A stretch of DNA of 63,655 nt, the filler included, from Pelomyxa schiedti (Eukaryota; Protista; Evosea), in NCBI GenBank assembly GCA_020536535.1. It is 13 parts of 13 records of this genome, joined end to end, with 100 filler letters (N's around TTAATTAATTAA, not from the genome) between each part and the next. Parts side by side here need not be neighbours in the genome. Positions count along the whole stretch, not along the records: positions 1 to 4,196 come from JAHLWZ010001624.1; positions 4,297 to 5,785 come from JAHLWZ010002468.1; positions 5,886 to 7,173 come from JAHLWZ010002617.1; positions 7,274 to 8,819 come from JAHLWZ010002431.1; positions 8,920 to 10,026 come from JAHLWZ010002826.1; positions 10,127 to 11,751 come from JAHLWZ010002378.1; positions 11,852 to 14,352 come from JAHLWZ010001977.1; 6 more parts are not named here. One strand, given 5' to 3'. This document shows, piece by piece, positions 1-11,987 of the stretch (position 1 is its first letter; each line of letters begins with the position of its first letter). Both the position numbers and the translations under genes were made by a program. The notes beneath the pieces are model-generated. The model worked only from the letters and a program-made list of their open reading frames with translations, was not told the DNA's origin and did not search any database.

Positions 1-1342
1 ATCTTGAGCAGGTGGGAGGTTGTGCTGAGGTGATGGTGACTAATTGTGGGTCCTTTTAAGGCCACAGACCGAACATAATAAAAGAGAATTCTCCACACGC
101 CTCTTCACGACCTCCGCACACCCTCACTCGGACCTGATCCAAACAACAGAGATCGCCGGATCGATTTCCGGCCAGTTCGACTTTTTTTCTGTTTATGTGT
201 GCTTGTCAATGAAACTCCCGGACCCTCTTTCTCCCCAAGCACGGAAGTGATTTGGAATCTTGCTCCTGTGAATTGTTGGCAATAACTTGTACAACACGAT
301 GGAAACACTTTCATTCAAGCCACACAACGCATTGCGTACGAGCACCAGTTACAATGTGAGCAGGAATGTACAGATTTCGCTAATTGTTTTGTCATAAGAA
401 GCATGATGGTTTCGAGGTCAAACACACATCCACAGTCACCATTGTCCCAAAATATGACATCGGCTCCACATTTCAACACCTTTGACACTCCAAATCCTCC
501 TCCACCAAGGCTTTTGTCTCTTTCTGAGCAACCACTGGTTTACAACTCTTCACATTTGGGCCAACTTGGAGTCCCTACTGTTGTTCCAACACTGCCAACT
601 TCAATGTCAACATCTTCTTCATCGGTACCACAATTTGACCCCCAAAAGTGGGAGTTGCCGTGGCATTTCTTTGTGTTGCTGTGGGAGCGCGGTTACGGTG
701 CGGCAGTGCTATTTCTCTGAGAAGCTCATCATCATGACGAGTGCCTTAAGTTAAGGTTGTAATTTTTTCCTTTCTTCTTCCCCACTCAACCCCTAAGTAG
801 AATTGGGGCCACAGAACATGCGCTGCTATCCTCCTCACACGAGTAAATAACAGGAACTGCGATATCTTTCTTTTCTTGACCACCTTTCCTCAGGTGTCAC
901 ATACTATTGATTTATACTTGACTGAATTCTTGTGAAGTCCATCAATCAAACTCACTGAAGTTCATCATGCATGCATGTTCCTGGGATGTGCTTATGGTCA
1001 GACACTAGCAATCACAATGCAGTTTTATGTGCGTGGTACACAAAAGGTTTTTTTGAAAGAATTCTGTCTTGCTTACTCTCTACACAGTTGTTTGAGAGGG
1101 AAGAAACCAGAAATGAAGGGGTGACTTGTTTACCGTTAACACTGCATGGGCCACAATAATGCAGCTCACTGTTACAATCACAAGTGCAGTTCCGGGCAGC
1201 AATGTCACAAACACAAACTTTTACCACACGAGACAACAACCACACCCCCAGCGATACAATCCTCATTGGATTATTATTCTCTAAGCTCTTCGAACAAAAA
1301 ATTTCGTTTCTGTTTTACACAAATTTATTTTTCAATTACAAT

Positions 1343-3306
1343 TCACTCATTTGGGTTCTGTTCAGTCACAGGGTACACCAACTGATTAATAAACCGGGAC
1401 TCAAACGCACTGGTGAAACACCTCTGAGCAAAAGTACTCAACGATGCAACAGCACATCCACCTGTGTATGGCATCGTTAAATTAAGCTTGTCAGTTTTTA
1501 TGTCTCTGTGATCGAAGAAGAAAGGAATGAACCTATCCATGTGGAAAAAGCCCGGTTCGGGCGTGCTGTTATCTTCACCTTTGAAGTAGTGGGTTTTTGG
1601 GTTTTCACTTGATAGGGAGAAAAAGAAACAAACGTTGGTGCCGAGTTTAGTCATTTCTCTTGTGAGTCTCTTGGCAAATCCCGGAAACATCGAATTTCCA
1701 CCAGCAAGAACTTTGATGAAGAAAAGGGAAAAGGGAGTTAAAGTATGAGTGTAGTGAGAGTTGTGTGCACGTGCCACGAGTTCAAAAGATACCAATGTTT
1801 TGGCTCATCGCTTCTTGGAGATCAGGGATGCAGCTGAGAATTGAACTGTGGCATGAGCCAGGAACACATTCCTGTGGGGGACTCCATAAACCATCCCTCT
1901 CAATCAAAGATGGTGTGAACATGGGTTCTGGAGTTCTGTGTTGGCATCAGCAAATTGGGTGTCGGTGCTGTTTGAGGATGTGGAACCGTATCAAATCAGG
2001 ACCAAGGTCCACTGTTTGCCCATCAGGAAGTGAATAAGTTGTTATCCGCTTCTACTTTGTAAAAACTGTGAACAACAACAAATACCCGGCGTCCCACTAC
2101 GGCATTGAGTGGTATACCTGCACCTCAGTTTCAAAGTTTTGGGCAACATAAGTCAGATTGTGCTTGATGTAATCTATTGATTCCGTGGAAAAGCTCTGCC
2201 CCGTGGATAATGATAAGTGTTTTCCCAGGTGTCGAGATATATTCCTGCCCCCCAGGTGTATACTCCTGCAACTTGTTTTAAGCACTTGACCTTTGTTGCT
2301 TTTAAATGGAAGATATAAATGGAGTGTGTCCAATCAATCGCATACCTTCGGAAATGGGTGTCACCCTTGTGTAATGTTCTCCACAGTCCACAACAAGGCC
2401 AGAAGTTCTCCCGGTTGAATACAGTGCCAACAGTTCTGAGGGTACCATTAACACTGCAGCAGGTACAATGTCCGAATCCAGTATCTGCTGAACCAATCCT
2501 TCACGTTCTGATTTCTCCAGCTCCGGTGTAGATGGTTCAGCGAAGATGATTGGTGAATTCTCTGCACCAAGGAATTTGACACCATGCTTGACCATCTTTT
2601 TTTTGGTGTTGTTTTTTTTTTAGTCACATGCACCTTACCCTCCCACTTGCCTCCAGAACATATTCTGTATTCATGACTCCATCGTAATCAACTAAAAAGT
2701 TGGTGATGCCAACGTTCTTGCCCCAGTATTCTCGTTGCTCAGACGAGGACCCTTGGTGGTGTGGTTGTGACTTGATTGACAGAAAGTCAAATGGCGGCAC
2801 CACGTCACAGCTGTATCCCATTCGGGACCGCGCTGCCCCAATGTCAGCAACAACGGCAGGGAGGTGGGATTCGTCAGCCCAGGCTTCCATCCAGTCCGTC
2901 ACTGGGTTCCCTCTTGTATCTGCCAGTTGCCCACAAATGACAGGCTCAACACCACCATCATCAGGCACATCAACAACATTTCTGTATTCCCCATTCCATG
3001 AATTCACCAATTGCCTGGATGCTGTTGTGTGGTGTGTTGTAGCATGTCAGTGAAATGACCTCAATAAAAAAAAAAAAAAAAGAAGGGACACACACAATCA
3101 CAGCGAGGATTGCCGTCCAGAAAGAACATGTATTGGTGTTTGCCAGGAGGCAGTGACAATTGGAGCGACGGAGTTGGGTCCGTGAACCACCGGTGGCGCA
3201 TCAGTCGTCGTTCCCAGTTGTCGAAACTGCATGCCAGCTCCACCCGCGCATAATGCCCCTGCCGCTCGCCCCATGATGGTGCGCGAAACAAAACGGGACG
3301 CATCAT
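1343..3306 (-). CDS. Actin-related protein with N-terminal CBM48 (AMPK-beta glycogen-binding-like) domain; multi-exon
   Basis: Exon 1 reads VELACSFDNW...LSLPPGKHQYMFFLDG..CD and splices to SRQLVNSWNGEYRNVVDV (CBM48). Actin motifs follow: AVVADIGAARSRMGY (phosphate-1), PIIFAEP, LLALYSTGRTSGLVVDCGEHYTRVTPISEG (phosphate-2), LGGRNISRHL, LAGGNSMFPGFAKRLTREM, YTGGCAVASLSTF. Confidence 0.8.
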
Positions 3307-4196
3307 GACCCCCACTCACACCACGCTCGTATGCTTGGTGAGGAAAAAAAAAATAGAAAAAAAGGAAAGGAATGAAACAGGAACCTAAGAGCCCAGGGAC
3401 CCACGAGACGTCACGCCCAGGTCAGGAGCGGCACGCTGGTCCCGCCCCCCAGAAGCAGCCACTGGCCGTACCAGAGCCGGCGGCTTGGGTCCACACGCCG
3501 TGGTTATTTTGAGGTCCTTGGTTAATTTGGGTCATCTGTTATTTTGGGTTTTTCTTCATTCCTTTCTGGTGATTATACTTTTCTCAGTCCTTTTATACCC
3601 CGAGACTTTCCCAAAACCGCAATTATGGGTCGCCTTTTTGGTTTTTAAGCGGGAAACAAAGGGGGAAAAAAACCAAAAGGAAAATTGTTATTGGTTGGTG
3701 TGTTGTGTGGGTGTTTGTATCGTGGGCTGTGGGGTTGTGGTGTTGTCGCATGTGTACTAGGACGTTGTTGGCGGAGTTCCTTTGTGGTTGTTTTCCCCCC
3801 ACGATCCCGCACGCAACGGCGCGCATACCAGCAGTAATAACAGCATCATCATAGACGACCACGAGAAAACCAAATGAAAATAAGTACCTTCCTTGGTGCT
3901 GTTTTTGGGGTTGGAGTCGTTCTTTTTGGATTACAATGGCTTGTTAATGTTATGTAGGCAGAACAACAACGGTGTCCCCTTTGTCTCGTTCTCCTTCATG
4001 TTTTGAGATGAAGTGACACCATTGAAAATCACTTGATAAAAGAAGACATTTTTGATCTTGGTGGTTGTTTGTTTGTTAATGGCCTGTGGGGCTGTTGTGC
4101 CGTCTCAGCTGTCCTCGGAGGTTGTAGGCAGTGAGGAGTTCTTGTCCATATGGCTGTCGTGCCCATGGTTGTCGTGCTCCCACAATTCCAACAACC

Positions 4197-4296
4197 NNNN
4201 NNNNNNNNNNNNNNNNNNNNNNNNNNNNNNNNNNNNNNNNTTAATTAATTAANNNNNNNNNNNNNNNNNNNNNNNNNNNNNNNNNNNNNNNNNNNN
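4197..4296. other. Artificial contig-joining spacer. The same spacer occurs at 5786, 7174, 8820, 10027, 11752, 14353, 34958, 36591, 41295, 55953 and 61371.
   Basis: Identical 44N + TTAATTAATTAA + 44N structure, repeated 12 times. Confidence 0.99.
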
Positions 4297-5041
4297 GTCC
4301 ATCATAGCCCGCGAATCCTTCCCTGTCACGAAAATGAAGTGTTCCCATTCCACTCTTCACCCCATGGTCAAATTCACCACAATACACTTCACCAGTCTCC
4401 AGCGACTTCAGTGTCCCGCGGCCATGCATCAATCCCCCAGCCCAGTCCCCATCATACACGGTATCCCACACACCATACTTACCACCAACAACTTTCTTCC
4501 TTCTGTGAACACCCCTTCCTTGTACCTGATACGAACTCGTTTCCGCATTCCACACCCAGGACTCAGCGTATGTCATCTGGGCACCGTCTGGATCGTGCCA
4601 AGTCCCCGACTTCCACTTGTTGTCCAGGTATATTCCTTCAAACCAGCCGCCATCAGTCCGGTGCCAGAGCCCTTCGCCATGTCTCTTCCCATTTCTCCAG
4701 TTGCCAACATAAGTTGTCCCATCAGGCCACCTGTACACTCCACTCCCGTGCATCATTCCATCCCTCCACTCGCCGTCGTAGCTGCACTCGCCCTCGCCCT
4801 CTGGCACTTGTGGGGGTGGGGGACGAATTTGGGCTGATCCATGTACTACTTGAGTTCTGACCGGATCTGCTGGTCCGTTGGCCGTTACTCTCCAAGTGAG
4901 GACTCCGTTGCCGTCGCGTTTGTTGTTCAAGAGTCTGCCTGAATACACGCCACCACTTTCGTCACTTTGGCTTGCCACAAAGGCAACCTCAGTTGCTTTC
5001 ATTAGGGCAGTTCCCGTGGGCCCAGGCGACGGGGTCGTCAT
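4297..5041 (-). CDS. MORN-repeat protein (3' end truncated by contig end)
   Basis: Repeated YxGxWxxGxxHGxG motifs: YDGEWRDGMMHGSG, YVGNWRNGKRHGEG, YDGDWAGGLMHGRG, YCGEFDHGVKSGMG. Confidence 0.92.
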
Positions 5042-5200
5042 GACTCAATAATTCGATCTTGAAGAAAACGGCCTGGAATGAGGTTGCCGCTTTTCTTAGA
5101 TTGGTGGCCCTTTGTCACTGCGGGTACTTGGCGAGTAATTTGCCGTCAAAGCGGGGAGCTATGGGAGACTGATTCAGGAAATGTGGGACTTTCAGAGAAA

Positions 5201-5785
5201 ATGATCAAGGTTGACGATGGTGTTGTGACAGCCAAGGCACAAGTTTTGGCACTTTTGGGTGCTTGTTGCTATTCTTCAGTTCCAGCAGCCGCAGCAACAG
5301 AATCATCATCTACTGCCGATTGTGTGGCTGTGCGCCCCCACACCCCCTCCTCCACCTCTTGTTTGCTGTCGGTGCTGCCGCCGAGCGTGCTGCGTGAATT
5401 CTTGCACTCGTGGGTCCTCTCCACCACACGCCGCGTCGTTCTCTGCGTGAGTGCAACCAACAAGCTGTACGAGGAGGAGGACGAGGACGACGACGATGGC
5501 GACGGCGGAGCCGCCTCCTCTCCGGGGCCGCTCCCCAGGGTTATGGTGGTGGTGGCCGTGGGGCACACCCTGGGGGTGACCGCGGGCCCCGCGGTGGCGT
5601 ACCCTTCCCCGCCGCTGTGCAGCATCTTCGTCCTTGCGTTCCTGAACCCTGAGCACCCGGGCAAGGGCTGGGCGGTGGCCGGCAAATCTGCCTCGCTGGG
5701 GCTCACTGACCTCGGAAATGGCCTGCTGTGGGACCAGTGGGTGGGGCTGGGCGACATGTTCGAAGACAACTTTGGGCTGGCGGTC
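5201..5785 (+). CDS. Divergent member of the orphan 'ARxQxLAL' family (partial)
   Basis: AKAQVLALLGACC...LLSVLPPSVLREFLHSWV...VAVGHTLGV has the same N-terminal layout as the paralogs at 22-34.6 kb. Confidence 0.6.
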
Positions 5786-6451
5786 NNNNNNNNNNNNNNN
5801 NNNNNNNNNNNNNNNNNNNNNNNNNNNNNTTAATTAATTAANNNNNNNNNNNNNNNNNNNNNNNNNNNNNNNNNNNNNNNNNNNNGTGTTGGTTGGTTTT
5901 CAAACCAAAACTGGTTACAGGTTACTTAAACGGCAGAAAACACTGTGTGCGATGATTCCGTGGTACGGGTGTGAGGAGTGATGGGCGAAGGATTAAGGGA
6001 ATCTTGGTGTTATGATTGGGACCCAAGTTGGCCATTCACAGGAGCAGCAGCGACGTGGTGCGAAGTTGGGAATAACGCGGCAGCGAGAACGAGTTAGGCT
6101 CGTTGAGCCCCTCTCTGGCACTGCGAGAAACGAACAACGGTTGGGGACTGGTTCTGTTTCCCCTCCTCGTGAGTGAAGTGCTGTGCCCTTGGAATTGATT
6201 AGGCCCAGAAGAGAAGTAGAATAAACAATTGAATACTCCGTCTGCTTGTCATTCCATTGGTCGGTGTCTCGCAACACACAATAATGGGAAGACACCTCTC
6301 GTCACTACAAGTCCCAATTGCAATCGTGCAGGCACCAGTTTTATCGATACTTTGTTTTCGTCGAATCTGACGATGTTCCTCCACTGTTCTTTGGGGAGTT
6401 CGGAAGAAAGTGAGTTCAGCGTCTAATGAATGTGCGGTGGTGTTCTCCAAT

Positions 6452-7003
6452 TTAAATTGAGTGCAATGAGTTGAGAGCATCAGAAGCAGACAGCCTGGTG
6501 GTGCGATCACGCGACATCATCCCAGCAAGAACCTGTGCAATGGTGCCCATCACTCTGCCAGTGGGTCTTGCTGCCGTTGCTGTTGCCGTGACGGCGGCCG
6601 TGGTGTTGTTGTTGTTGTTCCATTGCTGAGGAGGGAGTGGAGGGAGCAACTCAGTGGAGAAGGTGCACATGTCTTGTTTGAACTTTCCAATGAACTTGTT
6701 GGTGGGAGGAAGCATCGCATCGTAAAACGTGAGGGCGAGGGAGAAGGAGTCACACTTGGCAAACGAGAACACGCAGGACGGGCCACGCATCCTCATGAGG
6801 TCCCTGGAGAGTGCACTCACCTCGGGTGGCATCGTGCCTGTGTTCCCCCACACCTGCCCGTTGTCTGCCCTCGTCAACATGACTTGCAGCGAGTCGTCAT
6901 CATCGTCGGCGGAGCAACACTCCACAGCTTCTCCAAAGTCGATCAACGTGAGCTTGTGAGTGGCTGGGTCAACAAGGATGTTGTCTCCTTTGATGTCTCT
7001 GCG
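6452..7003 (-). CDS. Protein kinase catalytic domain, last exon (5' part incomplete)
   Basis: RDIKGDNILV (catalytic loop), IDFGEA, GTMPPE, KCDSFSL and RLSASDAL (subdomain XI). Confidence 0.9.
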   Translation of the reverse strand, partial: RRDIKGDNILVDPATHKLTLIDFGEAVECCSADDDDDSLQVMLTRADNGQVWGNTGTMPPEVSALSRDLMRMRGPSCVFSFAKCDSFSLALTFYDAMLPPTNKFIGKFKQDMCTFSTELLPPLPPQQWNNNNNTTAAVTATATAARPTGRVMGTIAQVLAGMMSRDRTTRLSASDALNSLHSI

Positions 7004-7273
7004 ATTTGATTGATGGGAATCGTGAGCAAAATACTGAATTTGAAAAAAAGAACAACCTGTGGATGACATGTGCTCTTTCAATGTGAGCCACAGCACTCAG
7101 TGATTGGAAAAGCAAGTTCCTCACCGTGTTGGTTGTGCTGGCCTCAGCGCCGATCTGATGAGGGGTGGTTGATNNNNNNNNNNNNNNNNNNNNNNNNNNN
7201 NNNNNNNNNNNNNNNNNTTAATTAATTAANNNNNNNNNNNNNNNNNNNNNNNNNNNNNNNNNNNNNNNNNNNN

Positions 7274-8819
7274 GTGGGATTGGGAGTGCCTGGTTCCTTG
7301 AAAAAGTAATCGTTCAGGAGGAGTCTGTGTCAGCAGTCGACGGCTCAGTGGCAGGAAAACCTCCAATGTTCTTCATGTGTGGGAGATGGTTAGGATCAGA
7401 TGAAGAGGATGGGGCCACTGAAAGAACCCTCACAGGTTCAAGTGAGGACGGGTGTTGCTCATCTGATTGGGTTCGTTACATCATAACTACCGTTACTGGT
7501 GACAGAAGAGGTGCTGGGACTGATGCCAATGTCTTTATAGATATACGTGGCAAGACAGCAAAAACAGGGCAGAGGAAGCTTGAGGGAAGCGGAAATTGCT
7601 TTGAAAGAAAGGCCAAAGATAACTTCTCTATTGAGTGCTCCGACCTTGGCGAATTGGTAGACCTGGATATTTGGCATGATGACTCTGGCATTGGCGCATC
7701 CTGGTTCCTTGATAAGGTTTCCTTTTCTCCCCCTGTAAAAATGTACTTACAGTTTTGCGGTAGGTAATTGTTCAAGAGGATCGTCCTACAGGGCGCCAAT
7801 GGTACTTCTTATGTGGACAGTGGCTCAGTAAGGAGGTAGTTGAAGAGACAGATCACCAACCCCCTTCTCTTAAGAGAACTCTTACTGCATCTCAATTTGA
7901 TGGTGTCAGTTGTGCAGCTCTTAAGCATTACAGGGTGACTACAATTACTGGAGACAGGAGAGGCGCTGGAACCGACGCAAACGTTTATCTCATTATGTTT
8001 GGTGATAAGGGTGCCTCACCAAAATCACAACTTGATGGACCAGGGAACAGGTTTGAGAGAGGCAGAGCGGACGAATTTGGACTGGAATGCATAGATTTGG
8101 GTAATTTGACAAAGATTGTAATAGGGCATGATAACAGTGGTTTTGGTGCATCCTGGTTCCTAGACAAAGTTGTCATAAAAGAAGAGGAATCAGGTTCAAC
8201 ATGGTACTTCTTATGCGGAAAATGGCTTTCAAAACACGAAGAAGACAAATTGATAGAAAGAGAACTTGATGCACTTACTGCAGACGGAGTTGCGTCACTA
8301 CCTTTAATGAGATACAGAGTCACAACAGTTACTGGTGACAGGAGAGGTGCTGGAACTGATGCTAATATTTTTGTTACCCTTGTTGATGAGGAGGGAAAGA
8401 GCAGTGAGGAGAAGAAGCTTGATGCAGCAGGAAATTGTTTTGAGAGAGGAAATAGTGATGTGTTTGGAGTAGAATGTGAAAAATTAGGGGCACTCAAGAC
8501 ATTAACTGTAAGAAATGACAACAGCGGACTTGGTTCTGCTTGGTTCTTGGAGAAGGTTCTCCTCTTTCTTCAATTACTTCGTGAATAATTGCACCATAGA
8601 TAATTGTTGAAGAAGACCTTCCAAATGGGCATAAATGGTTCTTCTTATGTGGTGATTGGCTTTCCCGAGATACTGCACTACAACGTGAACTAGCTGCGGT
8701 AGCACAAGACGGTGTTGCTTCTGTACCTGTAAGGCGTTACCGTATAGAAGTTCAGACTGGAGATAGACGTGGTGCTGGTACTGACGCAAATGTCTATGCA
8801 ATTTTGCATGGAGAAAAGG
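7274..8819 (+). CDS. Tandem PLAT/LH2-domain protein (LOXHD1-like), internal fragment with 2 introns
   Basis: A ~125-aa unit is repeated: YxxTTxTGDRRGAGTDANV...FERxxxDxF...HDxSGxGxxWFLDKV...FLCGxWL. There are three complete and two partial copies. Confidence 0.92.
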
Positions 8820-8919
8820 NNNNNNNNNNNNNNNNNNNNNNNNNNNNNNNNNNNNNNNNNNNNTTAATTAATTAANNNNNNNNNNNNNNNNNNNNNNNNN
8901 NNNNNNNNNNNNNNNNNNN

Positions 8920-9240
8920 CATCGCCAACGCCAGGACCTGCTGTCGTGCACACGGGCACCCTGTAAAATCTCCTGTTATCATCCACTCATTGCCCGCCAT
9001 CAAAGATGGGTTCCCTTTGTTTTTTAGGTGTTGCTTAAGCAGGTTCTTCCGGTGAATGAATCCCTTTTTCGGGAAGTCATCACTTTCACACAAAGTCGCG
9101 TGCGGACCTCGACGCACCGCACCGATTGTGGGGCGCCATCATCAATGCCAGCATTGTTCTCTGGCAATCGCCACTTCAGGAAAATGATGAACAGAAGAAA
9201 GTAAACAAAAAAAGGATCCCGTAATTCAGTTTGGGACATT
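8920..9240 (-). CDS. Partial orphan-family gene, cut at contig end within the 'ARQQVLALAM' motif
   Basis: The ORF ends ...CPCARQQVLALAM at the N boundary, matching the family motif. Confidence 0.4.
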
Positions 9241-10126
9241 CGATGGTAATGCCTTCAGTCTGATTGTAAGGCCTAAATTTCGGTTGGTTGGGAGTGCACA
9301 AAGTGCCTTCACTTCATCGCAAACTATACCGACAACAGGAGTACATCGTGATGTGATGCGTCAGCATTTCATCGCCATAGAGGCCACCCTCTAGACGCAA
9401 TGTCCTGAGAGTGGGCTCAACAAACCCTCCCGCCCTGTCCCACAATGGTGTCTCCCTCCAAAGGGTGACGTTGGAGTTGGACTGGGGCACTTTTCAAAAC
9501 AAAAACCCTGTGAAGCACGCGACCACAACAACCAACCATTTTTTTTTTCCCTTGCTCTTTCTGCACTGAGGGTTTTGGTAATTCTTGATTGTTCTCGGTA
9601 GCTAGTGAGATAGACCTTAGATCACGGGATTAGAATGGCAAGAGATTCACCAAAGCTACTTGAGTTATTTGGTCTTGTGAAGGAAGAGCTAAGTCGCTAT
9701 TACGAGCGTCGTGTAGCGTATGATGTATCCTCAACAATTAAACAAAAAGTTCAAAAAACAAACAAAATTGCGGAATTTGTTATTGTAAACAGTACAAAGC
9801 AGTATTAATAGCAAGTCATGGTTGCCTTGTGTACACACAGTGTTGGCTGTGGACTTGCTCTGCTTGTGTGATGTTGATGCTATTTACAGAGGAGGTGGTG
9901 AGCCGGATACTTTACAGCTACTACTTGATTGACAGGGGCCAAAAGGAATAATGCCTTTGAGCCCACTTGCATGATACAGGGGGAGCCTAACTATCCACTT
10001 GCCAGGCTCGCGGCATTGATTGGGTCNNNNNNNNNNNNNNNNNNNNNNNNNNNNNNNNNNNNNNNNNNNNTTAATTAATTAANNNNNNNNNNNNNNNNNN
10101 NNNNNNNNNNNNNNNNNNNNNNNNNN

Positions 10127-11424
10127 GTTTGGAGCCTCCTTTTTAGTGGGCAGTAACCTTGGCCTGTGAACCGCAGGGGAAAAAATGCAAAGATTAGACT
10201 ACACACTGTCATCATCGCTTTCCTCGTCAGTGTCTGAATCTGAATCTGCATCGGCAAGCACGTCACAGAATGTATCCCACAATGACTGAGGTTCTCTCCG
10301 GGAGCGCTTTGTCTCAGAGTTTTCTGGTGTTTGCTCGTGTTGGTTCTCCGGCACTGCAGAGGCGTTGGCTGTCACTGAGGTTGTGGTTGTCGTTGCCGTC
10401 GATGATATTGACAGCGACGATGTTGGTGTTGGTGTTGGTGTTGGTAGTGCACAACGCGGTCTGGGCCGTACTCTTAGGTTTGTGCTATTGCTAGCACTTG
10501 TGCTTGTCGATGTGCCTGTTGGTTGGTTCTGTGGTACTATTATTATTATAATTAAAGTGTGACACAAACAACTCTGCTACCGTTGCATTATTACTTCTAC
10601 GCTCGAAATCCCTGGCTCGTAGGTTTATGCTTGTGCTAGTACTGGTGTTTGGTGGTGTTGCTTGGTTCTGTGGTACTATTATTACTATAATTTGAAGTTG
10701 TGATACAAAGGCTATGTTACCGGCGCATTACGCTCGAAAGGCCGGGCCCGCTCGGAAACACTTTGGTTTGTACTGTTGCCTGTGCTTGTGCTTGTGCTTT
10801 GCGGTGTGCCTGTTGCTTGGTTCTATGGTATCATTAGTAAAATTGTGTTACAAACATGCCAAATACCGTTTCACTATTATTAGTTCCCTCGAGTTCCCTG
10901 GTTCGTTCAGCAACACTTTGATTTGTGCTGTTGGTTAGCCATACAACACACTGGTGCACTGTGGTGTTGCAAGGCACCAAGGGGCCACCATGAAATGGCT
11001 TGCGGTGGCACCAGCAATGCAGGCAGTGGTACGTGCCATCGGGCATGATGTTTGTGCACCATCCCCCCAGCGTGGCCTCGTCGCCGCACCCCGTCTTTGG
11101 GCACGGTGTGCCCGTGCGGAACACCGGCATGACTGAGCACGTTTCGGCAACCTCGGACAGCTCCGCACGCGTGTGGAGCACTGTGGGCGTGGACATCATT
11201 GCCTTGAGGGCGCATGGGTGTGGCTCACCGCCCTCCCGCCTCCATTCACACGGGCACGGCTGCACCTCCACACGATCAACGTTGGGGTCTCTGGCCCACA
11301 GCGACTTCGCATCGGCTATTGGCATCGTTCTTGTGGAGAAACGAATTGGGGGGCCGTGGACGGCCCTGGTGCCTTGAGCGTCGAACCGTTGGTCGTTTTG
11401 TTCTCCAGGGGGAGTCTTGCCCAT
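10127..11424 (-). CDS. Hypothetical protein: Cys/His-rich N-terminus, S/T-rich repeated mini-exons, acidic tail
   Basis: ORF 10834-11496 contains CPC..HPC, CPKTGC, HCLHCWCH and C..H. Downstream exons lie in ORF 10199-10567. Confidence 0.5.
10490..10935 (-). repeat. Three to four tandem degenerate exon+intron units (~135-150 bp)
   Basis: 'ttggttctgtggtactattatta...tgtga(c/t)acaaa' recurs at ~10522, ~10661 and ~10817. Confidence 0.75.
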
Positions 11425-11987
11425 GTGGCTAAATTTTTTCAAAACCAGACCAACCCTCCCACGCACCCAAAACCAGGACAGACTTTTTTTTAGCAAACTT
11501 TGGCTGCTTCTTTAACTTAAGTTAAAAGGGTTTTCCTGAGACTTTGGGGAACATTGTCTGAAGTGTTTTGTTTTTGCTCGAGCCTTTAATGCTGCGAAAA
11601 TGCTGATGGCTGTCGTGATATCAAAATCAGGTCCACATGTGGCGATCGTCACAGCCAGCGACAATGTTACAATTCATGGTCAACGCAACTTTCACACATT
11701 GGCACAGGCATCCCTTGAAACGCGTCGGCAGGCAATTCCGGTTTGATCCTTNNNNNNNNNNNNNNNNNNNNNNNNNNNNNNNNNNNNNNNNNNNNTTAAT
11801 TAATTAANNNNNNNNNNNNNNNNNNNNNNNNNNNNNNNNNNNNNNNNNNNNTGGAACAGGGTGATCCCGATCTGTGGCTCTCCAAATTGCTCAAAGCGTA
11901 ACCACTGTGGGGCTTTTCTCCCAAAGTGGACCCATTTACTGGAGGGTGGGAACACTTTGACTTTAGGGTGGATCCCCGACGGAGATA

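Noticed and set aside
1-1340. Short ORFs here and at 17834-18545, 24905-25754, 39990-41294, 41480-42500 and 47344-48232
   Set aside because: They may be exons or decayed genes, but I could not build a coherent model or recognise a domain.
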